Shown here piece by piece: positions 9,081 through 18,349 of a DNA stretch of 40,015 nucleotides (its first letter is position 1; each line of letters opens with the position of its first letter). This stretch comes from Candidatus Hydrothermarchaeaceae archaeon. GTDB taxonomy: Archaea; Hydrothermarchaeota; Hydrothermarchaeia; Hydrothermarchaeales; Hydrothermarchaeaceae. The DNA lies in contig JAZFTU010000153.1 of NCBI GenBank assembly GCA_036446855.1, positions 1 to 40,015 of the forward strand, written 5' to 3'. The translations under genes and the position numbers were made by a program. The notes under the pieces were generated by a model that worked only from the letters and a program-made list of their open reading frames with translations, did no database searches and was not told the DNA's origin.

Positions 9081-9377
9081 ATGAAATTCTACGCAAAGGT
9101 CTACAGAGAAGGAAATGAGATACTTGTAGCATGCTGTGATGACGACTTACGCGGAAAGACTTTTGAGGAAGGTGAGTTAGTCCTTGATGTAAAGAAGTCT
9201 TTTTATTGTGGAGAGGTAGTGGAAGGTTCATATCTCTGCTCGCTCCTTGATAAGGCGACCGTTGCTAATATGGTGGGCACAAGGGTCATAAAACTTGCAG
9301 TTGATGCAGGGCTTATTGATGAAAAAAACATTTTGAAGGTTGATGGAGTGCCACATGCCCAAATGGTGAAAATGTAA
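9081..9377 (+). CDS. DUF424-family archaeal protein
   Basis: 98 aa. The pattern MKFYAKVYREGNEILVACCDDDLRGKTF...FYCGE...VANMVGTRVIKLAVDAGLI...VDGVPHAQM matches the DUF424 pattern as I recall it. Confidence 0.65.
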   Translation: MKFYAKVYREGNEILVACCDDDLRGKTFEEGELVLDVKKSFYCGEVVEGSYLCSLLDKATVANMVGTRVIKLAVDAGLIDEKNILKVDGVPHAQMVKM

Positions 9378-10417
9378 TGGTCAAGACGTTCTGCCACGTC
9401 TGTGGTAGGATTACCCCGGACTTGCATGAAAACAAATGCAGAATGTGCTTTATAAAAGGGAGATCATTTTTAAAGATTCCAAAACTCTCAGTAAGAGTCT
9501 GCAAGAGATGCTCCAACTCCTATAAAAAGGGCAGATGGCAAAAAACAAGAGGTAACCAAGAAGAATTGTTAAAAAATCTCAGCTATAATGCAATAAAAGA
9601 ATCTCTAATTGTTGAGATGGAAAATCCGCGGGTTGATATTTGGGTGGATGAACCGCAAAAGACCTCAAACAAGTCATATAGCGTAGAGTGCACCATTTCT
9701 GCCACTGGAAAAATCCTGGGTGAAAAATGTGAAGATGAAACGAAGGCCATCGTGAGAATAGCCTTGGAGATTTGCGTTGATTGCTCTAAAAAGGCTGGCG
9801 GATATTATGAAGCAGTTCTCCAATTAAGAGGAAACTTAAACGCAGAACTTCCTGGAGGAGACGAATTCATAAGCACCCTAAACCAAGACGCAAAAGCATC
9901 GTTAACTCGTGTGAATAGGCTAAAAGAGGGAATAGACCTTTACTTTGCATCAACCCAGACGTGTAGAAAGAGTGCAAAAAGGATTATAGAGAAATATGGG
10001 GGGATACTAAAGGAATCTGCTCATCTACAGGGGAAAAACAGAAGCGGAAAGACCATCTATAGAGTTTCCATGTCACTAAGGCTTCCGGATTTTAAGGAGG
10101 GGGATGTGATAACGTTTGATGGTAACACCTATCAGGTTCTGGGATTTGGCAGGGGGAAGGTCTTACTTTTTGACCTTGAAACCAGAAGGAAACTTTCCTT
10201 CCCATTTAAAGTGACTGCCCGGGCAGAAAAGCTAAAAGGAGAGGTTGTCGAGGGAATAATTTTGGAAGTAATCCCAGGGAGAGTACAGGTCATGGAATCA
10301 AAGAATTATGAAACCATTGAATTTTATTTAAACGTGCCTCTAAAGGCCAAAGATGAGGTTAGCGTCTTTAAAAATAACGGATTTTTTTTGATGAAGACCC
10401 GTGTGGAATCTCAATAA
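9377..10417 (+). CDS. NMD3-family protein (archaeal homologue of the 60S export adaptor)
   Basis: N-terminal Cys clusters: CHVCG...CRMC and VCKRC...(C). About 346 aa. The start overlaps the upstream stop by 1 nt (TAATG). Confidence 0.7.
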   Translation: MVKTFCHVCGRITPDLHENKCRMCFIKGRSFLKIPKLSVRVCKRCSNSYKKGRWQKTRGNQEELLKNLSYNAIKESLIVEMENPRVDIWVDEPQKTSNKSYSVECTISATGKILGEKCEDETKAIVRIALEICVDCSKKAGGYYEAVLQLRGNLNAELPGGDEFISTLNQDAKASLTRVNRLKEGIDLYFASTQTCRKSAKRIIEKYGGILKESAHLQGKNRSGKTIYRVSMSLRLPDFKEGDVITFDGNTYQVLGFGRGKVLLFDLETRRKLSFPFKVTARAEKLKGEVVEGIILEVIPGRVQVMESKNYETIEFYLNVPLKAKDEVSVFKNNGFFLMKTRVESQ

Positions 10418-10447
10418 ATTTTGAGGTAGTAACGTTTTTATTTTGTA

Positions 10448-12427
10448 ATGATTTATTATGAAGGTATGGCGATGAAGGAAGAGCCCAGAGTAGGCGTGTA
10501 CATATGTCACTGCGGCATCAATATTGCTGGTGTCATAGATGTTGAAGAGGTGGCTAAATATGCTAAAACTCTAAAAGGAGTAGCGTTAGTAAGAGCGGAT
10601 AAATACATGTGCTCTGACCCCGGGCAAGATGCGGTGAAAAAAGATATTTTAGAGCACAAGTTAAACCGAATAGTTGTCGCAGCCTGTTCTCCCCGTATGC
10701 ACGAGCCTACCTTCAGGAATGCATGTCAGGATGCAGGCCTTAATCCCTATTTATTTGACATGGCAAATATCAGAGAGCATGCCTCATGGGTGCATATGAA
10801 TGAACCTCAAAGGGCTACAGAGAAGGCAAAAGAACTCGTCAGGATGTCAGTTGCAAAGGCCAGGCTGCTTGAGCCCCTAAAAAACCCTAAAGTCAGTGTC
10901 TTAAAAAAGGCACTTATCATAGGCGGCGGGATTGCAGGAATTCAGGCGAGCCTTGACCTTGCAGACCAGGGTTTTAAGGTTTACCTTGTAGAGAAGAGGC
11001 CAAGTCTTGGTGGGGTTATGGCACAGCTTGACAAGACATTTCCCACAATGGATTGCTCGGCATGCATCTTAACTCCAAAGATGGTGGACGTTTCAAGACA
11101 CCCGAACATTGAGCTTCTGACATATTCTGAGGTAAAGAAGGTTGATGGTTACATAGGAAATTTCCAGGTGAAAGTGGAAAAAAAGGCCAGGTTTGTAAAT
11201 GCAGACACGTGCACAGGTTGTGGAGCATGCGTCCCTGCATGCCCTGTCGAGGTGCCAAGCGAATTCGACCTTGGACTGGGCATGAGAAAGGCGATATACG
11301 TCCCTTTCCCTCAAGCAGTGCCTTTAGTTTATACCATAGATGACCAAAATTGCGTGGGCTGCAGAATGTGTGACAACACTTGCGATAAGGATGCCATTGA
11401 ATTCGAACAAAAATCAAAAACTGTGACGCTTAATGTTGGAACGATAATTTTAGCAACTGGCTTTAAGGTCTTCGATGCCAAAAGAAAGGAAGAATATGGA
11501 TATGGGACCCATGCCAACGTGATTACCGGACTTGAATTTGAAAGACTCATAAACGCCTCTGGGCCAACCGGGGGAAAGCTTCTAAGGCCATCAGATGGTA
11601 AAGAACCCAGCAGCATTGGCTTTGTGCAGTGCGTTGGGTCTAGGGATGCTACCGTCGGAAATCCTTACTGCTCCAGAGTCTGCTGCATGTATGCAATAAA
11701 AAATGCGAGGCTTTACAAAGAAAAGCACCCAGATGCGGATATTTACATATTTTATATAGATATAAGGGCCTTTGGAAAAGGCTATGAGGAATTCTACCAG
11801 ACGGCACAGGAGGAGTATGGAGTAAAGTTCATACGGGGAAGGCCCGGTAAAATTGAAGAAGACCAAAAAACAGGAAATCTACTTGTTAAGGTGGAAGACT
11901 CGCTTATTGGAAAAAACCTTGAGTTAGAACTTGACCTAGTGGTGTTATCGGTTGGAATGGAGCCTTCGGAAGATTCTGATAAGCTTCAAAAGCTTTTGAG
12001 AATTAGTAAAAGTGCTGATGGGTTTTTCATGGAGGCACATCCAAAACTTAGGCCAGTCGATACGCTAACTGATGGACTATTCCTTGCTGGAACCGTGCAA
12101 GGCCCAAAAGATATTCCTGACACTGTGGTGCAGGGTAGCGCGGCAGCATCAAGGGCGGCCATCCCTATGGCCAAAGGTGAAGTAGAAGTAGAGCCAATAG
12201 TCGCAACTGTAGAAATCGACAGCTGCATAGGCTGCAGGATATGCGAGAGGATTTGCGACTTCGGTGCAATAGAGGTCATAGATAGAAAGGCAAAGGTAAA
12301 TGAGGTCCTTTGCAAGGGCTGTGGTGGATGTGCAGGCGGATGTCCTACGGGCTCCGTTCAGATAAGTCACTTCAATGACAAACAGATTATGGCAATGATA
12401 AGTGCCGCATTTCAAGAGGAAAAATGA
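10448..12427 (+). CDS. hdrA: Heterodisulfide reductase subunit A (FAD plus Fe-S flavoprotein)
   Basis: [17 protein letters not shown] fold [16 protein letters not shown], ferredoxin motifs [34 protein letters not shown] and [12 protein letters not shown], and CSRVCCMYA. The true start is possibly Met 7 or Met 9 (10466 or 10472). Confidence 0.93.
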   Translation: MIYYEGMAMKEEPRVGVYICHCGINIAGVIDVEEVAKYAKTLKGVALVRADKYMCSDPGQDAVKKDILEHKLNRIVVAACSPRMHEPTFRNACQDAGLNPYLFDMANIREHASWVHMNEPQRATEKAKELVRMSVAKARLLEPLKNPKVSVLKKALIIGGGIAGIQASLDLADQGFKVYLVEKRPSLGGVMAQLDKTFPTMDCSACILTPKMVDVSRHPNIELLTYSEVKKVDGYIGNFQVKVEKKARFVNADTCTGCGACVPACPVEVPSEFDLGLGMRKAIYVPFPQAVPLVYTIDDQNCVGCRMCDNTCDKDAIEFEQKSKTVTLNVGTIILATGFKVFDAKRKEEYGYGTHANVITGLEFERLINASGPTGGKLLRPSDGKEPSSIGFVQCVGSRDATVGNPYCSRVCCMYAIKNARLYKEKHPDADIYIFYIDIRAFGKGYEEFYQTAQEEYGVKFIRGRPGKIEEDQKTGNLLVKVEDSLIGKNLELELDLVVLSVGMEPSEDSDKLQKLLRISKSADGFFMEAHPKLRPVDTLTDGLFLAGTVQGPKDIPDTVVQGSAAASRAAIPMAKGEVEVEPIVATVEIDSCIGCRICERICDFGAIEVIDRKAKVNEVLCKGCGGCAGGCPTGSVQISHFNDKQIMAMISAAFQEEK

Positions 12428-12834
12428 CATTCGAACCAAAGATTCTGGGTTTTCTATGCAACTGGTGCGCCTATGCAGGTGCCGATATGGCAGGGACGAG
12501 CAGAATGCAATACCCCCCAAATATAAGGATTATCAGAGTCATGTGTACTGCAAGAATAGACCCTACTTTTATCCTAAAAGCGTTCTCTCTAGGAGCAGAT
12601 GGAGTATTAGTAGGGGGTTGTCATCTGGGGGATTGTCATTACGTTTCAGGAAATTACAGGGCCCAAAGCAGGGTAAGGCTTGTGCATGAGATACTGGAAG
12701 AATTGGGACTTGAAAAAGACAGGCTTAAACTTAAGTGGATATCTGCCTCAGAGGGCGAGAGATTTGCCAATACTATAAAGGATTTTACAAGCACCGTAAG
12801 AAAGATTGGGCCAAGCCCACTTAGGGGTTCCTAG
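12424..12834 (+). CDS. mvhD: MvhD-type iron-sulfur subunit (F420-non-reducing hydrogenase delta subunit family)
   Basis: [18 protein letters not shown]...[11 protein letters not shown]...[21 protein letters not shown] overlap with the hdrA stop. Confidence 0.9.
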   Translation: MTFEPKILGFLCNWCAYAGADMAGTSRMQYPPNIRIIRVMCTARIDPTFILKAFSLGADGVLVGGCHLGDCHYVSGNYRAQSRVRLVHEILEELGLEKDRLKLKWISASEGERFANTIKDFTSTVRKIGPSPLRGS

Positions 12835-12999
12835 AGTTCTTTAAATATTTTTCGTGTAGAGCAGGTACAAACCAGCCTTTCGTTCGTATTATCCTCCGCT
12901 TGAGAAAGTCTTCATCCGACCCTCTATCCCATTTCAATTTCTGCAGTCCTCCCATGAAATATAATATTGGCATTTAAGATATATAAATATTTCTATTCA

Positions 13000-13353
13000 C
13001 TACTGTGGCACTACGACTGCGAAGGCAACTGCCGTCTTCTTGCTGTGGGATAAACTGAGTTTTACACGGTATGAAGTCATGTCTTTATCGAGAAAATTAA
13101 CAAGGGGGAGACCTGATTTTTCGTTTAATATTTCAATTTGGTTAATATATACTTTTTCACCGGAACCATTAATGGCTTTTATAAGAGCTTCTTTCCCAGC
13201 GAACCTCACAGCAAAATGCCTCGCAGGTTTTGCTTTACTCATGCAGTAATTTATTTCTTTATCTGTAAAAATTTTTCTCATTAAGTTTTTATTGTTTGTT
13301 ATGCCGTCAAATCTTGAGATATCCTCACAATCTACACCTACTGAAAGGTCCAT
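13000..13353 (-). CDS. acpS: Holo-ACP synthase (AcpS-type 4'-phosphopantetheinyl transferase)
   Basis: 117 aa. Motifs GVDCEDISRF, FTDKEINYC, RFAGKEALIKA, EILNEKSGLP and LSLSHSKKTAVAFAVV are colinear with bacterial AcpS. Confidence 0.85.
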   Translation of the reverse strand: MDLSVGVDCEDISRFDGITNNKNLMRKIFTDKEINYCMSKAKPARHFAVRFAGKEALIKAINGSGEKVYINQIEILNEKSGLPLVNFLDKDMTSYRVKLSLSHSKKTAVAFAVVVPQ

Positions 13354-13375
13354 GAAATCAAATCCCTGCTACTTT

Positions 13376-14170
13376 CTATCTTATAATCGCCCTCGGCGGA
13401 TGATACCCTCCAGGGACAGTTGCGTTTGGGATGACAATAGACTTTCTTCCCATAAGGACGCCAGGGCTTGTGACCGAATTGCATCCGGTTTCTACAGAGT
13501 CGCCGAGGATGGCACCAAATTTCCTAAGCCCGGTTTTGTATATCTTCCCGTCTATCTTTAAGGCAATTTCAGAGCCAATTATTTTAAGATTTGCAAGTTT
13601 TGTCCCTGCGCCAAGATTGACATCACTACCTAGAATACTGTCACCTATATAGGCGAAGTGACCTGCTGTTACGCGGTTTATCATGACTGCGTTTTTCATC
13701 TCGGTGGCATGCCCCACAATACAACGGTCTCCGAGGAGGCACGAGCCCCGGATATATGCACCCTGTCGAACCTCGGTATTTCTGCCAATGATTGTCGGGC
13801 CCTTAATGAGCACCCCGGGCTCTACAACGCTTCCCTCGCCAATATAGATACGGTCATCGAAAATGGATGTGCCAGCAAATAATACTGAGGCCCCATCAAG
13901 CACTTTCCCATCCAAACTAACAGAAAATTCGCCTTTTGCAGGGCTGCCTAATTTAAGCTCAAATCCATCTGTGATAACCTCTCCTTTGAAAATCACCACG
14001 GTCTTTTGGAGCATGTCCCCCTTTTTTCGTATCTCGGCAACGTTTGGATTTATATTTTCATCGATATAGCTTCCAATATTTTTTAAAGTGTCCCAAACCA
14101 AACTTGCCCTATTAAAAAACGCTTTATGCTCAAATGTCTCCAGGTCAAAAAAATCGGGTGGTGCAAGCAT
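13376..14170 (-). CDS. Left-handed beta-helix (hexapeptide-repeat) acyl/acetyltransferase, GlmU C-terminal-like, with a unique ~100-aa N-terminal region
   Basis: Hexapeptide periodicity runs from IYIGEGSVVEPGVLIKGPTIIGRNTEV onward. HFAYIGDSILGSDVNLGAGTKLANL resembles the GlmU acetyltransferase core. No nucleotidyltransferase domain is present. Confidence 0.8.
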   Translation of the reverse strand: MLAPPDFFDLETFEHKAFFNRASLVWDTLKNIGSYIDENINPNVAEIRKKGDMLQKTVVIFKGEVITDGFELKLGSPAKGEFSVSLDGKVLDGASVLFAGTSIFDDRIYIGEGSVVEPGVLIKGPTIIGRNTEVRQGAYIRGSCLLGDRCIVGHATEMKNAVMINRVTAGHFAYIGDSILGSDVNLGAGTKLANLKIIGSEIALKIDGKIYKTGLRKFGAILGDSVETGCNSVTSPGVLMGRKSIVIPNATVPGGYHPPRAIIR

Positions 14171-14181
14171 TTTTTTTTAAC

Positions 14182-15927
14182 CTATTTTTCCAGTGTTGAA
14201 GTATCGCCCTCGGGAAGGCCAAGCTCTCTGGCCTTTAAAAGTCGTCTCATGATCTTTCCGCTTCGTGTCTTTGGGAGGGTATCTAAAAACTCGATTTCTC
14301 TTGGATATGCGGCACTTGAAAGTCTCTTTTTTACAAATTTTTGGATTTCATGCTTTAGTTCGTCTGATTGATTAAATCCTTCCTTTAGTGAAATAAAGGC
14401 CTTTATCACCTCCATTGCGATGGGGTCTGGCTTTCCGATGACTCCGGCCTCTGCTACGGCCGGATGCTCTATTAATGCGCTCTCAACCTCGAAGGGGCCG
14501 ACCAGGTGCCCTGCAGTATTTATCACATCGTCAGCACGGCCAACAAACCAGAAATATCCATCGTCGTCCATTTTTGCCTTATCTCCCGTAATATACCAAC
14601 CATTCTGAAAACGTGAATCATACATCTCCTCTTTGTCCCAGTAAGTCCGAAACATTGAGGGCCAACCGGGTTTTATTGCCAGGTGCCCCTCTTTTCCAGA
14701 TGGCAGCTCGTTATAGTTGTCATCTAAGATTGCCGGATGAATACCCGGAAATGGACGGCCCATGGACCCCGGCTTTACGTCCTGTACAGGATAGTTCGCA
14801 ATCAATATGCAGCCCGTCTCGGTCTGCCACCAATTATCATGAAATGGGAGCCCCATTATCTTTTTTCCCCAAACCACGGCCTCCGGGTTGAGTGGCTCAC
14901 CTACGCTGCACGGATGCCTAACACTGCTCAGGTCAAATTTCTTTGGGAGATCGTCTCCAAACCTCATGAGCATTCGTATGGCAGTTGGTGCGGTGTACCA
15001 GACCGTAACTTTGTACTTTTCTATTATTGAATACCATTTTTTTGGATTGAAATCTCCATCATAAATGACCTGTGTTACGCCATTGGACCAGGGGCCAAAA
15101 ATCCCATAGGACGTACCGGTGACCCATCCGGGGTCTGCGGTACACCAGTATATGTCTTCTGAAGTTAGGTCCAAAACGTATTTGGAAGTTGCATAGTGCC
15201 CAATTACTGCCGCATGGGCGTGGACAACCCCTTTAGGCTTTCCGGTAGTACCTGAGGTATAATGCATGATGGAGTAGTCTTCCCTTGAAGTCTTGACTAT
15301 TTCAAAATCATCCGGGGCCTTTTTCATTTCTTCCTCGTAACTTACCTCGTTATCCCCACGCTCAATTTTTTCCCCGCCCCTGTTTACGAGGATAATCCTT
15401 TCCAAATCTGGAAGGTCTTCAAATATTTCCTTAACTTTATTTTTTAGCTTTGGACTTGTTATAAAGACCTTTGCCTTGCTGTCGAGTAGTCTATCTTTTA
15501 CGGCATCAGGACCGAAGGCAGAAAAAAGTGGGCCTATTATTGCTCCTGTCTTAAGTGTTCCAAGAACACTGATATAAAGCTCCGGCACCTTCTCTAAAAA
15601 TACGAAAACACGGTCGCCTTTTTCAACGCCCAGATTTTTTAAGACATTGGCAAATCTATTGCTTGATTTTGACAGCTGTAAAAATGAATACGTTTCCTGG
15701 GCGCCTCCTCTTCCTTCCCAGAAGAAGGCTACCTTGTCCCTCCGATGGGTTTTCAAATGCCTGTCTACCACCTCATATGCAATATTAAGTTTTCCATCCC
15801 CCAGAAAGTCAAGCTCCTTTTCGATATCCCCCCATTTAAAGTCCCTGCACGCATTTTTGTAATCATCCATGTTGGGAATCTGTTTCATCGATTTACAATC
15901 TGGTTTTTTTATTGTTTCAAAGTTCAT
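14182..15927 (-). CDS. AMP-forming acyl ligase of the acetyl-CoA synthetase (ANL) family
   Basis: YTSGTTGKPKGV, YWCTADPGWVTGTSY, NWWQTETG, YITGDKAKMDDDGYFWFVGRADDVIN and LPKTRSGKIMRR. 581 aa. Confidence 0.9.
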   Translation of the reverse strand: MNFETIKKPDCKSMKQIPNMDDYKNACRDFKWGDIEKELDFLGDGKLNIAYEVVDRHLKTHRRDKVAFFWEGRGGAQETYSFLQLSKSSNRFANVLKNLGVEKGDRVFVFLEKVPELYISVLGTLKTGAIIGPLFSAFGPDAVKDRLLDSKAKVFITSPKLKNKVKEIFEDLPDLERIILVNRGGEKIERGDNEVSYEEEMKKAPDDFEIVKTSREDYSIMHYTSGTTGKPKGVVHAHAAVIGHYATSKYVLDLTSEDIYWCTADPGWVTGTSYGIFGPWSNGVTQVIYDGDFNPKKWYSIIEKYKVTVWYTAPTAIRMLMRFGDDLPKKFDLSSVRHPCSVGEPLNPEAVVWGKKIMGLPFHDNWWQTETGCILIANYPVQDVKPGSMGRPFPGIHPAILDDNYNELPSGKEGHLAIKPGWPSMFRTYWDKEEMYDSRFQNGWYITGDKAKMDDDGYFWFVGRADDVINTAGHLVGPFEVESALIEHPAVAEAGVIGKPDPIAMEVIKAFISLKEGFNQSDELKHEIQKFVKKRLSSAAYPREIEFLDTLPKTRSGKIMRRLLKARELGLPEGDTSTLEK

Positions 15928-15943
15928 ATGAAATCGCTCTAAT

Positions 15944-16183
15944 CTAAGGAGAGGTCATCTTCCTTTTTATCAAACTTACCAGATCGCCAACGGTCTCTAC
16001 TTCCATGGTTTCTTCATCGCCTAAATCTATCCCAAATTCCTCCTCTACCGCAGAATATATGGTAAACTTGTTTAATGAATCGGCATCGAGGTCATCGCCA
16101 AGACTTGCAGATTCCGAAACTTCGGACTTTGCGACGGCAAGCTCCTTTACTATTATTGCCTTGACTTTTTCAAAGACGGCCAT
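15944..16183 (-). CDS. Acyl carrier protein
   Basis: 79 aa. VKAIIVKELAVAKSEVSESASLGDDLDADSLNKFTIYSAVEEEFGI is colinear with bacterial AcpP and includes the DSL phosphopantetheine-attachment serine. GGGAGTGAG lies upstream of the ATG. Confidence 0.85.
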   Translation of the reverse strand: MAVFEKVKAIIVKELAVAKSEVSESASLGDDLDADSLNKFTIYSAVEEEFGIDLGDEETMEVETVGDLVSLIKRKMTSP

Positions 16184-16258
16184 GCTCTCACTCCCTTACA
16201 ACAGGTTGTATACCTTATCAGAATATAAGTACTTTAAGGACTCTCAATTCGTTTAAGC

Positions 16259-16951
16259 CTATAATAAGTACTCAAACAATCTTTTGTTGGATAGTAAGTG
16301 TTCTATTGCTTCCCTGCCACCTTTTCCCAAACTGGCTTTTGTAATGTGGTCACTTACGTCTCTTAATCCTTCTTCCGAAATAGATATTGAGTATCCGGCC
16401 ATTTGTAGCATTTCACGGTCACCTTCGCTGTCGCCTATTGCAGCTATCTCGCTTGCATCGATTTTCAGCATTTTTGCTGCCTTTAAAATCCCTTCACCCT
16501 TGTTTACGGTTGAGTCCTTTATATGGATTGCATATTTTGTATCGACAACGCTTACGTCGAATTTTGCTAGTATCCCCTTGACTTCTTCTACAGGAACGTC
16601 CCTGTATATCGCTATCTCAGTCACTCTCCGCTCAGAGCCCAAAATCTTTCGTACATTGAGAGTTTTATTAAGTGCATCAAAGGCACTATTCGCCTTTACT
16701 ATGTCGCCTGAGCAGAGAATCTCCCCCGTTTTAGGATATGTAACAATCCCGCCGTTTTCTGCAATTAATGGACCGCTTGTGCCTATGAAAAATGAAGCGG
16801 CCTCGGTAATGCACAGGACGTTTCCCGTTGCCAAAATTACAGGAATGTCCCTTTTCTCCAGCTCCCTAACCTTCTCAACTGCCCCCAGGTCCAGCTTCCT
16901 GTCAGCGTCAGTAAGTGTTCCATCTATGTCTATTGCAACTGCCTTTATCAT
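16259..16951 (-). CDS. HAD-IIB phosphatase (archaeal phosphoglycolate phosphatase-like)
   Basis: MIKAVAIDIDGTLTD (DxDGT motif), ATGN, and IGDSEGDREM (motif IV). I chose the start at the internal Met. The longer track ORF (to 17029) would overlap the divergent gene. Confidence 0.75.
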   Translation of the reverse strand: MIKAVAIDIDGTLTDADRKLDLGAVEKVRELEKRDIPVILATGNVLCITEAASFFIGTSGPLIAENGGIVTYPKTGEILCSGDIVKANSAFDALNKTLNVRKILGSERRVTEIAIYRDVPVEEVKGILAKFDVSVVDTKYAIHIKDSTVNKGEGILKAAKMLKIDASEIAAIGDSEGDREMLQMAGYSISISEEGLRDVSDHITKASLGKGGREAIEHLLSNKRLFEYLL

Positions 16952-17002
16952 ATATAAGAATTTCAAAACCCTTTTATAATTGTTGTTACGTATACTGGCT
17001 TT

Positions 17003-18349
17003 ATGGAAGGGATGGACTGTTCTAACCACGCTCAGGATATAAGGAAAATTGAAGAGGCGGTCCGCGGGAAATATGTGGACATTTTTGTCTCAGATAAAGA
17101 AAGCATCCTGAGGATTAAGGACGAAATAAAAAAACTTGTGGACGTAAGTGAAGATGCTATTGATTGTTATATCTATGAAAAGCTCAGCATTGGGAAACTG
17201 ACCCCCTTTTTGATGGACGACAATCTGGAGGAGGTTATGGTTATAGGGGGAAAACTTCCAATATATGTATACGACAGAAGTTCTGGAATGAAAGACTCGG
17301 GAGTTGTACTGGAAACTGAGGAAATAAAAGATGTGATAAAAAAAATAGCAAGGTACTCGGGTAGAATCGTGGATAGTTCTAATCCGCTTTTAGACGGCCG
17401 TCTTCCGGATGGAAGCAGGGCAAACGCAACATTTCCCGAGGTAACTCCAAGAGGGCCTACTTTAACCATCAGAAAGTTTGACCAAGAGTCCCTTAGCGTC
17501 GCCGACCTTATAAAACATGAGACCATGACCCCCACAGTTGCTGCATTTTTTTGGCTTGTTGTAGAGGGACTTGGGACTAAACCTGCAAATATACTAATCC
17601 TGGGGGGTACTGCAAGCGGCAAGACAACCACCCTAAATGCATTATCTTACTTCATACCTGCAAAGGAGAGGATTATCTCAATTGAAGACATCCTCGAAAT
17701 AAAAATAAAACATGACCACTGGATACCCATGGAGACCAAGCCCTCGGACCCAGGCAAGGATAATGAGGTTCGCATGGACGACCTCTTAAAAAATGCCCTG
17801 AGGATGCGCCCGGACAGGATTTTGGTAGGCGAGGTGCGGGCAAAGGAGGCCTTAACTCTATTTACTGCGATGAACACGGGTCACGACGGCTGCATGGCGA
17901 CGATTCATGCCAACTCTGCAAAGGAGGCCATAATAAGGCTCCAGACCCCCCCGATGAATATTCCGGAGGTTATGATTCCTGCCCTTGACCTGGTAATTGC
18001 CCAGCACAGGCAAATAGAGGAGGGTAGACTTGTGAGGCGAATATTTGAGGTAGCAGAGATAGGCGGGCGGGAAGGGGACACCATCCTTACAAATACACTT
18101 TTCAAATTTGACCCTTCAAAAAAACAGCTTGAAGTAAACCTGTTAAACGGGAGAATCATCCAGGAACTTTCTACACTTGCAAATCTCACAATAAAAGAGA
18201 TAGATGCCGAAATTGAAAAAAGAGAGGCCATTTTAGATACCATGGCAAAAAACAATGCAGAGAAAGATACAGTGCGTGAAGTAATTGACCTTTACTACAA
18301 GAACCCAGAGGATGCCATAGACTTTCTCTATGAGAAGGTTAAAGGCTAG
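17003..18349 (+). CDS. Type II/IV secretion-system family ATPase (VirB11/FlaI/PilB-like, COG0630-type)
   Basis: Walker A GGTASGKTTTLNAL, Asp box SIEDILE, Walker B-like RPDRILVGEVR, His box GHDGCMATIHANS. A TATA-like TTTTATAA lies about 25-30 nt upstream of the ATG. Confidence 0.85.
   Translation: MEGMDCSNHAQDIRKIEEAVRGKYVDIFVSDKESILRIKDEIKKLVDVSEDAIDCYIYEKLSIGKLTPFLMDDNLEEVMVIGGKLPIYVYDRSSGMKDSGVVLETEEIKDVIKKIARYSGRIVDSSNPLLDGRLPDGSRANATFPEVTPRGPTLTIRKFDQESLSVADLIKHETMTPTVAAFFWLVVEGLGTKPANILILGGTASGKTTTLNALSYFIPAKERIISIEDILEIKIKHDHWIPMETKPSDPGKDNEVRMDDLLKNALRMRPDRILVGEVRAKEALTLFTAMNTGHDGCMATIHANSAKEAIIRLQTPPMNIPEVMIPALDLVIAQHRQIEEGRLVRRIFEVAEIGGREGDTILTNTLFKFDPSKKQLEVNLLNGRIIQELSTLANLTIKEIDAEIEKREAILDTMAKNNAEKDTVREVIDLYYKNPEDAIDFLYEKVKG

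Noticed and set aside
12821-12955. A 44-aa minus-strand ORF ([44 protein letters not shown]) with a TATA-like TTTATATAT about 30 nt upstream, downstream of acpS.
   Set aside because: The promoter geometry is suggestive of a leaderless small gene, but I recognise no family. It overlaps the mvhD 3' end by 14 nt, and length alone gives no coding support. It needs conservation or Ribo-seq evidence.
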